Shown one piece after another: positions 30,972 to 42,400 of a DNA stretch of 64,000 nt. The stretch's first letter is position 1. Every line of letters begins with the position of its first letter. Source of the DNA: an uncultured Methanolobus sp. (GTDB lineage: Archaea; Halobacteriota; Methanosarcinia; Methanosarcinales; Methanosarcinaceae); NCBI GenBank assembly GCA_963675495.1, contig OY776215.1, positions 192,001 through 256,000 of the forward strand. Reading direction: 5' to 3'. The notes beneath the pieces were generated by a model. It was not told where the DNA came from. It ran no database searches and saw only the letters and a list, made by a program, of their open reading frames with translations. The position numbers were made by a program, and so were the translations under genes.

Positions 30972-33900
30972 TTGATGTTCAACACTACGAACGAATCCAA
31001 TGACAAAAAAGAGAATGATGTCTCGGGCAAAAAACAATTTCCTTTACCATCATTGTCCTTACCAAAGAGTGGAGGGGCAATTCGAGGTATCGGAGAGAAG
31101 TTTACTGCAAATCCCGTGAATGGAACTGGTTCTCTTAGTGTTCCAATCTTCACATCACCCGGTCGCTCAGGCTTTGGCCCACAACTGTCACTCTCATATG
31201 ATTCCGGTTCTGGCAATGGGCCTTTCGGCTTTGGATGGAGTCTTTCATTGCCTACCATAACCCGCAAGACCGATAAAGGATTGCCCAGGTATCAGGATGA
31301 TGCTGAATCAGATGTATTCATAATCTCTGGAGCAGAAGATCTAGTACCTGTTCTTAAAAAAGATGAGAATGGGAATATAGATTTTGATGAACAGGAAAGA
31401 GGCGATTATGTTGTTCGTCGATATAGACCACGCATTGAAGGTATGTTTGCCCGAATCGAACGTTGGACTCATAAAACAGACCCTCTAAAAATCTATTGGC
31501 GTTCGATCTCAAAGGATAACATTCTCACAGTATATGGACGAAACAAAGAATCTCGTATTGCTGATCCTGTAGCTGAAAGTCAAATCTTTAGCTGGTTGAT
31601 CTGCGAAAGCTACGATGACAAAGGTAATGCCATTATCTACAATTATGATTATGAAAAAGAAGACGACATAGAAGTTGATTTATCTAATGTCTATGAACGC
31701 AACAGGCTGAGAACAACTAACCGTTACCTTAAACGTATTCTTTATGGAAATCGACAACCTCTTCTTCTGGATATTGATAAACCCAGTTTCCGAAAGTCCT
31801 ATACGGAAAAACCTAATCCTTCTTCGACAGAATGGATGTTTGAGCTTGTTTTTGACTATGGTGAAGGTCACTATAAGCTTCTACCCGATGACAGCACAAA
31901 AAAAGAGTCTGAACAGCACCGATTTGTAGAAGCTTCTGTCATGCCAACCGGCACATGGACTCCTAGACCTGATCCCTTCTCTACCTATAGAGCAGGCTTT
32001 GAAGTTCGAACCTATCGTCGTTGTGAGCAGGTATTGATGTTTCATCATTTCCCGGATGAACTTGGTACACAAAATTATCTGGTTCGTTCAACAGAATTCG
32101 AATACAATAAAAGTACCCTTGCTTCATTTATCGCAAAAGTCATACAGTCAGGTTATGTTCGTAGAAATGATGGGACATATCTGAAAAAGTCACTCCCACC
32201 GTTAGAGTTTGAATACAGCCAAGCAGTGATTCAGGAAAAAGTAGAGGTAATTGATACTAATAGTTTGGAAAATCTGCCTTGTGGTCTGGATGGTGCTCGC
32301 TATCAATGGGTGGACCTCAATGGAGAAGGACTATCAGGCATTCTCACAGAACAAGCAGGCGCTTGGTTCTACAAGCCAAATCTGGGAGGGGGTAAATTTG
32401 GCCCAATTCAGCAGCTTTCGGAAAAACCATCACTTGCCAATTTGAGTGGTGGCCAACAGCAACTGATGGATCTTGCAGGAGACGGTAAGCTTGATCTTGT
32501 TGAGCTGAGAGGGGCTGTATCTGGCTTTTACGAACGTACTGATAACCAGAAGTGGAAAACGTTTGTACCGTTTAAATCACTGCCAAATATTGATTGGAAC
32601 GACCCAAACCTGAGGTTTGTGGACCTCACAGGTGATGGCCATGCAGATATCCTGATAACTGAAGGCCAAGTTTTCACTTGGTATCCATCTCTTGGTGAAG
32701 CAGGATTCAGCCCAAATGAAAAGGTCTATCAGGCGCTCGATGAAGATACCGGACCCAGGCTGATTTTTGCTGATGGTACACAATCCATTTACCTAGCTGA
32801 CCTATCCGGCGACGGGCTCACTGACATTGCACGTATCAAAAATAATGAGGTATGTTACTGGCCCAATCTGGGTTATGCTCGTTTCGGTTCTAAAGTGACC
32901 ATGGACAATCCACCATTATTTGATGATGATCAATTCAACCAGCAACGCATCCGTTTAGCTGATATTGATGGTTCAGGAACGACTGATATAATCTATCTGG
33001 GAAGAAATGGTGTTCATATTTATGCTAACCAGTCTGGGAACAGTTGGAGCGAAGTACGAACTTTGGAACAGTTCCCTCAGATTGACAATCTTACTTCAGT
33101 AATGGCAGCCGATCTTCTTGGCAACGGTACAGCTTGTCTTGTGTGGTCGTCTTCCCTACCAGGGGATACAGGGCGACAGATGCGATATATCGATTTGATG
33201 GGAGGACAGAAACCTCATCTATTGATTAGTTCAAATAATAATATGGGTGCACAGACCCGGGTTCATTACACTGCATCCACTACGTTTTATTTAGAGGACC
33301 AGAAAGCGGGGAAACCCTGGATCACAAGCATACCATTCCCTGTGTATGTAGTTGATCGTGTTGAAACCTACGACCAAATAAGCCGGAACAGATTTGTTAC
33401 CCGCTACGCCTACCACCATGGCTACTTTGACGGCATTGAGCGTGAGTTCCAGGGTTTTGGTATGGTTGAACAGTGGGACACTGAAGAGATAGGTACTGAT
33501 ATCTCAGAAATATCTGAAAGAGAGGATACTAATTGGAATAAGGAATCTTTTATCCCTCCGGTACTAACACGCACCTGGTTCCACACCGGTGCCTATCATG
33601 AAAGTGAAAGCATCTCTAAACATTTCAAGACTGAATACTATCGTGAGAGAGACCCCAGTTTAGGAGAGGGAGAAGTTGACGATAAGCAGCTTGAAGCTAT
33701 ATTATTACCTGACACCATCCTACCTGATGATATAAAAAGAGAAGAAATTTATGAAGCCTGTCGTTCTCTCAAAGGCAGCATTCTCCGTCAGGAGATCTAT
33801 GCACTGGATTGCCAACCTGATGGAAGCCCTTCAGAAGAGTCTGACCGGCCCTATACCGTTTCAGAGCGAAATTACACCATCAAATGCCTGCAACATCGAG

Positions 33901-36900
33901 GACAGAATAGACATGCTGTATTCTTCGTCCATCCTCGAGAAACAATCGATTTTAATTATGAACGCAAGCTCTACGACATCGGAGGGCACAAACATGCTGA
34001 CCCTCGTGTCACTCATTCCATGAATTTAGCTGTGGATGATTATGGTAATGTACTGCAATCTGTAGCAATTGGGTATGGCCATCGCCATGATATAACCAAT
34101 GATCTGCTAACAGATGAAGACAAGAATAAACAAAAGAAAACTCTTGTTACCTGCACTGTGAACAGTTATACCAATTCCATTGAAATGGATGATGCTTATC
34201 GCACACCTCTACCATATGAAATGTGTACTTACGAATTACTGAAGTTTTCTCCTGCCGCAAAAGAACCTCTTGTAACAAACCTTTTCCGCTTCAATGAGAT
34301 GCTGAGCAAGGTGAAAGATGTGAGTGATGGCCAGCATGAGATTCCATATGAAGATATTGATGCTATCGGTGCTCAAGAAGAAGGCCCTTATCGCCGTCTC
34401 ATAGAACACATGCGTACTTATTACCGTAAGAACAATCTGACAGGTAGACTGCCCCTAAAAGAACTCGAATCCTTAGCCTTGCCTTATGAAAGCTTTAAAT
34501 TAGCCTTTACGCCTGATCTTGTTACAAAGGTCTATGGCAACAGGGTTGCAAATACGATGTTTTCAAATGAAGGAATGTATGTCCACCTTGAAGGAGATAT
34601 GAACTGGTGGATTTCATCCGGACGGGTATTTTACTCGCCTGGAGAAAGCAATACTTCTGATGAAGAACTTACCTTTGCAAGTGAACATTTCTTTTTACCA
34701 CATAGGTTTTACGATCCATTTGGCAATCGCACAATTGTGCTTTATGATAGCAATGAAATCGATTCTGCAAAGAATTATAACTTACTATTGAAAGAAACAC
34801 ACGATGATTTAGGGAATAAAGTTACTGCAAAGAATGATTACAGGGTGCTACAGCCGAAATTAATGACAGATCCCAATGGCAACCGTTCTGCTGCTGTCTT
34901 TGATGCACTTGGTATGGTAGTTGGTACTGCTGTTATGGGTAAAATACCTGAACCGGACGAAAAAAGCAAGGGAGATAACCTAGATAAATTCGAAGCAGAT
35001 ATCACCCTGTCGGAGATACAGGCATTTGTTGCTAACCCAAGGGATACAGCATCAGGACTGTTAAAGGGTGCATCAAGTAGAATTATTTATGATATTGACC
35101 GTTTTTCACGTTGCAGTCAGCCGATATTTGCAGCTACGTTGACAAGAGAAATACACCAAAGTGACCTAGGAGACGATGCATCTCCAATTCAAATAGGAAT
35201 GACGTATTCGGATGGATTCGGGCGTGAGATCCAGACAAAAATCCAGGCTGAGCCCGGTGATGCACCAGAGAGAGAAAAAGACGAGATCTTGCCAAGTGGG
35301 GATATTAATTCCGGTGAGCTTATCCTTGAAAATGGAGAGCCAAAGCGACCTTATCCTTATACAGATCATAGGTGGGTGGGTAAAGGGCGTACTGTCTATA
35401 ACAACAAGGGCAAGCCTGTAAAGCAGTACGAGCCTTTCTTCAGCAGTACGCACCTGTTCGAGAAAGAGCCAGAGATGACGGATACTGGGGTTACACCTGT
35501 ACTGTTATATGACCCGGTGGAGAGGAATATGGCTACGCTGCATCCGAACCATACATATGAGAAAGTGGTCTTTGACCCGTGGCACCAGAAAATTTATGAT
35601 GTAAATGATACTGTAGCTGCTGATCCACGGGAAGATGCTGATATATCCGGTTACGTTAGAGGGTACTTCGAGAGAGAAGCCCCTGACGATGACTGGGAAA
35701 CATGGCTTCAACAAAGGGATATCGACCCCACCGATCCACCATCAGAGACCTCAATCCCTGACCCTGAGAAGAAAGCTGCTATTCGCACTCTTATCCATGC
35801 AGATACTCCAAAAGTTGACTTTTTTGATACCCTGGGACGTGCTTTCCTCACTGTTGACCACAATCGGTCCAAGAGGAGTGATAAGCCGGATTCTGAGATG
35901 CCTGCTGATGAGTTTTACTGTACACGTATAATTCTCGATATAGAGGGCAATCAGCGAGAGGTCATTGATGCCAAAGATCGCATAGTCATGAGCTATGATT
36001 ACGATTTACTTGGTAATCGCATTCATCAGGCCAGCATGGAAGCTGGTGAGAGGTGGATGCTGAACAATGTAGCTGGCAATCCAATTCGGACATGGGATAG
36101 TCGCGGTTTTGAAAGATGTATGACTTATGATGCTTTGCAGCGCCCTCTTGAATTGCATGTGACAGATTCGAACGGGAATAGTTTCCTGGCTGAAAAAACG
36201 GTGTATGGTGAATCAAAGAAGGGACCTGAAAAGACAAACCATCGTTCAAAACCATGGAAAGTATATGACGGAGCAGGAATCCTTGTTAGCGAAAGTTATG
36301 ATTTTAAGGGTAATCTTCTGCTAAGCAGTCGCCAATTACTATCAATCTCCGATTGTAAGGAGCAGGTAGACTGGTCCCTGAATCCTCAACCGATTGAAAC
36401 ATTCACCAACAGAACCGTCTATGATGCTCTCAACCGTCCAATCCAGATGATTGCTCCTCACAGCAATAAGGATGGAACAAAGATCAATATTATTCAACCA
36501 GTTTATAATGAAGCTAACCTGCTGGAACGCGAGGAAGTATGGTTGGAGTGTGAAATAGTTTGGCTGGAACAAAATGTAAAGCCTGATGGACTACTTGACC
36601 CGACAACTGCCACTATGCATGCTGTCAAAAATATTGATTACAACGCAAAGGGTCAACGCGAACTCATCGAGTATGGAAATGGAGCAGAAACCCGGTATAC
36701 TTACGACCCTGAAACCTTCAGACTTATCCACCTATATAGTCGACGTGGAGCGGAGTTCAATGAAGATTGTGGTGGCAAGCCTCCTCTCTCTCCATCTCCA
36801 GTAAAGCCTCCGAAGGATAAAACATGTGGACTGCAAAATCTCCATTATACGTATGATCCTGTTGGCAACATAATTCATATCCGCGATGATGCTCAGCAGA

Positions 36901-38876
36901 CGATTTTCTTTAATGGAGAAGTAATACGACCAGATACAGAATATTGGTATGATGCTATCTATCGTTTAACAGAAGCTCATGGTAGAGAACATGTGGGACA
37001 GGCAACAGTACCGCATACCACCTGGAATGATAAAGGCAGGGTCAACCTGGAACATCCCCATGATGGTCAGAAGATGCGTAACTACTTTGAGTTCTACGAG
37101 TATGACGAAGTTGGAAACATTCAGAAGTTAGACCATAAGGCCAGGGATGGAGACTGGATTCGTGACTACAAATATGAAAAAGATAGCCTAATAGAATCCA
37201 ATATGGATAAGCAAAATAATTATTTAACCTGCACAATTGTCCATCCAAAAGGTCAAAATTCTATAACAGAACCATACTCATATGATTCTCATGGCAATAT
37301 GGTTTCTATGCCTCATTTCAACCAGACCATCACAAATCCTATGTCCTGGGATTTTGAAGACCAGCTTCAATCAATCGATAAAGGCGGTGGATGCATTGTA
37401 TATTATACATATGATGCCGGTGGACAGAGGGTACGCAAGGTCATTGAGCATAATGGGATTCCGAAGAAAGAGCGGATTTATCTTGGCGGCTTCGAGGTCT
37501 ATCGGGAGTACAACGACAATAATACTTCAAAGCTTGATCGTGAAACACTGCATATAATGGACGACAAGCAGCGTATCGCCATGGTGGAGACTAGAATTGA
37601 CACGGTAGACAGCAATTCGCTGGTGCGTTACCAACTTGGAAATCATCTAGGTTCGGTAAGTTTGGAGCTAGATGAGAAAGCACGAATCATATCCTACGAG
37701 GAGTATTATCCCTATGGGGGCACGTCGTATCAGGGAGTAAATAAGGCCATCAAGGCAGTGGCCAAACGTTATCGCTATACAGGCAAAGAGCGGGACGATG
37801 AGAGCGGGTTGTACTACCACGGGGCGCGGTATTATGCACCGTGGTTGGGAAGATGGATAAGTTGTGATCCAATTGGAATTCAGGATGATATAGATTTATA
37901 TAAATATGCTAAAAACAATCCAACGAAATACATTGATACAACAGGAAATACAATTACTCCTGCTGCAAGATGGGAGGTAAAAGGAGGGATCAAATTCTCT
38001 TTTGGATCTACAAGGGTAGAATTAACACCTTTTATTGAAGGCTCTGTTTCTTACTTAAGTAGTTTTCATGTGGGTGTTGATGCTGGAGCAAAGTTTGAAT
38101 TCTACTCAGCTTCTGGTAAATACGGACTCAAACGTGAAGCACATGGCGGAAACCTTTCAGGATATATTGGAGCTGGATTATTGTTAGATAACACGCCTCC
38201 AGATAATCCACGAACCAATTCATTCGATGTTCGGTCATTTGCAGGAAGTGGTGTATCATTACACAATATAGTCTTTGGCTATGGTATTTCATCTTTTTTT
38301 GGAGAATTTGATGATGATTCATTCAATCCAATACCACCTGAACATTTACGTCTCTTTTCTAGAACAGGAATTTATTACGGAAGTTTAAATTTTGGAGAAT
38401 GGTATTCTAAGTCATGGTATGCGAATGACAATTTAATGGGAGGAAATGGCTTGGATGCAAATGAATCTGCTTTTGGAGGTATTCAAGTCAGGAAAGGCGA
38501 AGAATCGCTTGAACTTAGCTTTTTCGATGTCACTGACCAAATAGAACATGTTACTTCAGGGACTAAAGGATTCAAAGACGTCAGAGACTCAGAAGGTGTG
38601 CGAAAAGTTGAAGAAGGAACGCAGTGGGACAAAAATAGAGGATTAGGTATCTACAAATCTAAAGGACCAGGTGTCTCTTTGCATGTTATTAATGTAGCAT
38701 ATTCTAGAGGTCCGCTTCAATTCAAAGCTGGGCTAATGGGTAAATTTGCCTATGACTGGACTCAAGGCTTGGCACATAAAATTGGAGGATGGCATCATCA
38801 TCGACATGATCAAAATACTAGGTTCTTTTTTGATTTTACTTTAGAGGTATCTCATGCAGAACAAAATAATTATTGA
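30972..38876 (+). CDS. Fused TcB-TcC toxin complex subunit (SpvB N-term, FG-GAP, TcdB mid domains, RHS core, C-terminal toxin)
   Basis: LSLPKSGGAIRGIGEKF, LSYDSGSGNGPFGFGW, DPFSTYRAGFEVRTYRRC, D-L-x-G-D/N-G repeats, YRYTGKERDDESGLYYHGARYYAPWLGRW, NNPTKYIDTTG cleavage motif. Confidence 0.93.
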   Translation: MMFNTTNESNDKKENDVSGKKQFPLPSLSLPKSGGAIRGIGEKFTANPVNGTGSLSVPIFTSPGRSGFGPQLSLSYDSGSGNGPFGFGWSLSLPTITRKTDKGLPRYQDDAESDVFIISGAEDLVPVLKKDENGNIDFDEQERGDYVVRRYRPRIEGMFARIERWTHKTDPLKIYWRSISKDNILTVYGRNKESRIADPVAESQIFSWLICESYDDKGNAIIYNYDYEKEDDIEVDLSNVYERNRLRTTNRYLKRILYGNRQPLLLDIDKPSFRKSYTEKPNPSSTEWMFELVFDYGEGHYKLLPDDSTKKESEQHRFVEASVMPTGTWTPRPDPFSTYRAGFEVRTYRRCEQVLMFHHFPDELGTQNYLVRSTEFEYNKSTLASFIAKVIQSGYVRRNDGTYLKKSLPPLEFEYSQAVIQEKVEVIDTNSLENLPCGLDGARYQWVDLNGEGLSGILTEQAGAWFYKPNLGGGKFGPIQQLSEKPSLANLSGGQQQLMDLAGDGKLDLVELRGAVSGFYERTDNQKWKTFVPFKSLPNIDWNDPNLRFVDLTGDGHADILITEGQVFTWYPSLGEAGFSPNEKVYQALDEDTGPRLIFADGTQSIYLADLSGDGLTDIARIKNNEVCYWPNLGYARFGSKVTMDNPPLFDDDQFNQQRIRLADIDGSGTTDIIYLGRNGVHIYANQSGNSWSEVRTLEQFPQIDNLTSVMAADLLGNGTACLVWSSSLPGDTGRQMRYIDLMGGQKPHLLISSNNNMGAQTRVHYTASTTFYLEDQKAGKPWITSIPFPVYVVDRVETYDQISRNRFVTRYAYHHGYFDGIEREFQGFGMVEQWDTEEIGTDISEISEREDTNWNKESFIPPVLTRTWFHTGAYHESESISKHFKTEYYRERDPSLGEGEVDDKQLEAILLPDTILPDDIKREEIYEACRSLKGSILRQEIYALDCQPDGSPSEESDRPYTVSERNYTIKCLQHRGQNRHAVFFVHPRETIDFNYERKLYDIGGHKHADPRVTHSMNLAVDDYGNVLQSVAIGYGHRHDITNDLLTDEDKNKQKKTLVTCTVNSYTNSIEMDDAYRTPLPYEMCTYELLKFSPAAKEPLVTNLFRFNEMLSKVKDVSDGQHEIPYEDIDAIGAQEEGPYRRLIEHMRTYYRKNNLTGRLPLKELESLALPYESFKLAFTPDLVTKVYGNRVANTMFSNEGMYVHLEGDMNWWISSGRVFYSPGESNTSDEELTFASEHFFLPHRFYDPFGNRTIVLYDSNEIDSAKNYNLLLKETHDDLGNKVTAKNDYRVLQPKLMTDPNGNRSAAVFDALGMVVGTAVMGKIPEPDEKSKGDNLDKFEADITLSEIQAFVANPRDTASGLLKGASSRIIYDIDRFSRCSQPIFAATLTREIHQSDLGDDASPIQIGMTYSDGFGREIQTKIQAEPGDAPEREKDEILPSGDINSGELILENGEPKRPYPYTDHRWVGKGRTVYNNKGKPVKQYEPFFSSTHLFEKEPEMTDTGVTPVLLYDPVERNMATLHPNHTYEKVVFDPWHQKIYDVNDTVAADPREDADISGYVRGYFEREAPDDDWETWLQQRDIDPTDPPSETSIPDPEKKAAIRTLIHADTPKVDFFDTLGRAFLTVDHNRSKRSDKPDSEMPADEFYCTRIILDIEGNQREVIDAKDRIVMSYDYDLLGNRIHQASMEAGERWMLNNVAGNPIRTWDSRGFERCMTYDALQRPLELHVTDSNGNSFLAEKTVYGESKKGPEKTNHRSKPWKVYDGAGILVSESYDFKGNLLLSSRQLLSISDCKEQVDWSLNPQPIETFTNRTVYDALNRPIQMIAPHSNKDGTKINIIQPVYNEANLLEREEVWLECEIVWLEQNVKPDGLLDPTTATMHAVKNIDYNAKGQRELIEYGNGAETRYTYDPETFRLIHLYSRRGAEFNEDCGGKPPLSPSPVKPPKDKTCGLQNLHYTYDPVGNIIHIRDDAQQTIFFNGEVIRPDTEYWYDAIYRLTEAHGREHVGQATVPHTTWNDKGRVNLEHPHDGQKMRNYFEFYEYDEVGNIQKLDHKARDGDWIRDYKYEKDSLIESNMDKQNNYLTCTIVHPKGQNSITEPYSYDSHGNMVSMPHFNQTITNPMSWDFEDQLQSIDKGGGCIVYYTYDAGGQRVRKVIEHNGIPKKERIYLGGFEVYREYNDNNTSKLDRETLHIMDDKQRIAMVETRIDTVDSNSLVRYQLGNHLGSVSLELDEKARIISYEEYYPYGGTSYQGVNKAIKAVAKRYRYTGKERDDESGLYYHGARYYAPWLGRWISCDPIGIQDDIDLYKYAKNNPTKYIDTTGNTITPAARWEVKGGIKFSFGSTRVELTPFIEGSVSYLSSFHVGVDAGAKFEFYSASGKYGLKREAHGGNLSGYIGAGLLLDNTPPDNPRTNSFDVRSFAGSGVSLHNIVFGYGISSFFGEFDDDSFNPIPPEHLRLFSRTGIYYGSLNFGEWYSKSWYANDNLMGGNGLDANESAFGGIQVRKGEESLELSFFDVTDQIEHVTSGTKGFKDVRDSEGVRKVEEGTQWDKNRGLGIYKSKGPGVSLHVINVAYSRGPLQFKAGLMGKFAYDWTQGLAHKIGGWHHHRHDQNTRFFFDFTLEVSHAEQNNY

Positions 38877-39485
38877 TTTTTTAATAGTGTTTACAATAAT
38901 CTATTAAGATATTTAAAATCAAACATTAATGGTGATGGAGTTCTATCAGACCGAATTTAAAACGTGCATTTTAATCCAAGTTTGAAGGACGTTAGGAACT
39001 TGCATATAGAATAATTAGTCTGCACTCATGAAGGAGCTATTCTCTCCGCTGCAGAGTATCTGATAGCAATTTTGTATTTTGATGAGGATGAACTAGGTTC
39101 TTTCAAAAAAGGTTTGCTTCCAACAGGGCCAACTTCAGCATTTTATTTTATTCTGAGTTTGTAGTTTTTCTCTGAAATAGGAGGTAATTATCATACTCCA
39201 CTGGTGATTGTGAAGACAAAAATAGAGTATGAATACATTATGTTGCATATTGAAATTTAAAGGAATGGGGAAAATGAGTGAAATGAATCAAACTGAATGT
39301 ATTAACGTAAATTTCAGAAATGAAACAGGTATTTTTAATAAATCTTTTTTACATCTAGAGAAATATGATAAAATAAATTACAACAAATCACTAAGAAAAG
39401 TTACTATTCTGGTTGAAACAACCCTAAAAGGATTCTCATCTGAAAGATTGAGAAAAGCCTCTATGAATCATGTTCCACAGGTGAT

Positions 39486-42400
39486 ATGAACATGAATGAG
39501 ATTACTTTTCCATTGGGACCGGAGATGAGAGGTTCTGACGTTACAAATTTACAAAATGCACTGCTACTTTTCCTCGACCTAAGTATTTTCTTACAAGGCG
39601 ATGAAGATACCAAGAAATATCTATCTGATGCAGTAAAAAGTGAAAATAACAAACAGACATATTATAAAGCCACTCATGAATTGGTAAAAATCTTTCAGGA
39701 AGAACAAAAATTAAAGGTTAGCGGTAATGTTGACAAAGCTACCGCCAGCGTTATCAATGCTACTCTGCGCAAAATAGGTCTGCTTGATGAGCAGAAAAAG
39801 GTCACATCGATTGGAACCTTCGATAAAAAGTATACCGTCATTTGTCAGGTCATAGATTTGCAAGATAATCCCATTATTGGTCTCCAAGTCCAAGCTTTCG
39901 ATCATGATCCCATCTCCCCTCATGAACCGCTTGGTGAGATGCTTACCACCAATGATGGTGGGATAGCAAATATCCATTTTAGACAATCCGATCTTACCGA
40001 GCATCCGGAAGGAGAAGGACCAAATATCTACTTTAAGGTCTACCGTAAAAATACCCTGCTCGAATATACCTTGCCCAAAGATGAAAATGACAATGGGGTT
40101 CTTCAGGGTTTCAAAACTCAACACGATCCTATCACGATCCAGATCGAAAAGCATCACGTTGTAAAAGGATATATCGTTCTTGAGAACGGAGTTCCTGCTC
40201 AAAATCTTGAACTTCTTATCTACAACCGGGAATTTGGCGAGAAAGATGGCTTGCTCATTGACAAAACAAAGACCAATAACAAGGGACATTACACATTAAC
40301 TTACAATCCTGATGGGGAAATCCACAACCTCGATGTGCGGATTAGAGATCCAAAAGATCCACAAAAAGAAATTCCACTTGCTAAGACCAGATTCAACGCA
40401 AGTTCTTATGAAGTGCTGAACCTTGTTGCCCCCGCTCTATCCCTTCAGTCGGAGTATCAACGACTGAAAATGGATCTGAAGTCTCATGTGAGTGATATGA
40501 ACAAACTTACTGATGTTGTGGAGAACACTGAACAAAGGGATCTCACCATATTGAATCGAGCCACCGGGTGGGATGCACGCCTTATCGCACTGGCTTCGGT
40601 TGCTGCAAAATTGAATGCTGAATCTGATATAGGTCTATCTCAGGAAGTACTCTATGGACTTTTCCGTGTTGGATTACCATTTGATAAACATCAACTGGCA
40701 CAGGTGAGTGTTGAAGCCGTAGACCTAGCACTTAAGAAAGGACGAGAGGCTGGCATTATCGATCTGAGTGACAGCCAGTTGAAGAATGCAAAGGAACAGT
40801 TTGAAACTTTCTCTCTAAACACACGTTTGGAAATACCAGCACCTGGATCTCAATCGACTTACAATGATTTGCTCAATTCCGTCAATTTAGATAAAAAAAC
40901 ACGTGATAAGTTCGCTTCATTGTTCCTGAAACATCGAGGTGATGCTGCCCAATTGTGGGAGGAGGCAGCTAATAATAATATTGAATCAGAGGACATAAAA
41001 GTTCTGCAACTGCAAGGCAAGCTGGCCTTTCTGACTCGTAATAGCAAAACCATGACCAATCTACTGCAAGAAAAAATGGAGGTTAGCGATCCGGTGGAGC
41101 TGGTCGAGCAGAGTTATTATAAACCAGAGATATGGAAGGCTAAAATAAATGATTTGGCTGGGATTGAGGAATTGATTCCGCTTGCCTACGAAGCCGAAAA
41201 TGTCGATGACCGCCTGAATGCCTATGCCGAGGATATGGCACGCAAAGTACGCCTGAGCTATCCCACGCAGGTGATCAGGCATATGATCGAGCAGGATGAA
41301 GATGATGAATTGTTCAAACTTGGTAGTGCCAGGCTTGCAACTGCTGCATTGTTAAAGAAAGCTGTAACCCTGGGATTCAGATTCGGGCAAACTCCTGTTG
41401 AAGCCTTCTTAAGGGATCATCACGATAAATTGAATGACATCGACACAAACGAATTTGAAAGTGCAAAGCAGGGAATGAAGACCTTGCAATGTGTGTACCA
41501 GCTTACCCCTGACAATGAGTCTATGATCGTTCTTTTAAATTCAGGATTGACTTCAGCATATGATGTGGGAGCCTTCTCACAAAAAGAGTTTCTGAAAAGT
41601 TATGGTCATAAATTCCCCTCACTTGAACAGGCCAAATTAATACATCGTAAAGCAGAGCAGGTAAGTAATGTCACTCATAATCTGCTCACCATCTTCAAAA
41701 AGCTAGACAGTGATGTGACAATCTATGGCATGTCCGCACCTGAAGAAGTACGTGAAAACACAAAGAAAGAGTTGATAAAACAGTTCCCTACTCTGGAATC
41801 ACTTTTCGGGTCAATGGACTTCTGCGAGTGTGAGCACTGCCGCTCGGTACTCAGCCCGGCAGCTTATCTGGTGGATTTGCTACAATTTATTGATGACGAA
41901 AAGAAACCTTACGATGTCCTCATTGAACGCCGCCCAGACATACCACATATACCCCTCACATGTGAAAACACCAATATCGCATTGCCTTACATTGATGTTG
42001 TCAATGAAATTCTTGAATATTATGTCGCCAATAATAAGGAACTTGATGAGAAGGCTGCATACGATACCGGCAATGCTACTACAGAGGAGCTGATGGCCGA
42101 ACCACAAAATGTAATTACCAAAGCCTATGATGAGCTCCAGAAAGCACGTTATCCCCTCAACCTACCCTTCGATCTCTGGATTGACACGGTACGCCAGTTC
42201 TGCAATCACTTCGAAACCCCACTGTGGAAACTGCTCGAAGTCTTCCGAAAGGGAGATGAATTGTCCGTCCACACTCAACCATATGATTGGGAAGCTATCT
42301 TTATTGAATCGCTGGGAATGTCGCCAGCAGAATATGCCATCTTTACCGATCAGGATCCACTTGATGAGTGGTACGAACCTGATCCTCATGATAAATGGTA

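Noticed and set aside
39229-39489. 86-aa ORF as toxin immunity gene
   Set aside because: No recognisable motif, 350 bp from the toxin stop, in AT-rich promoter-like DNA; unsupported.
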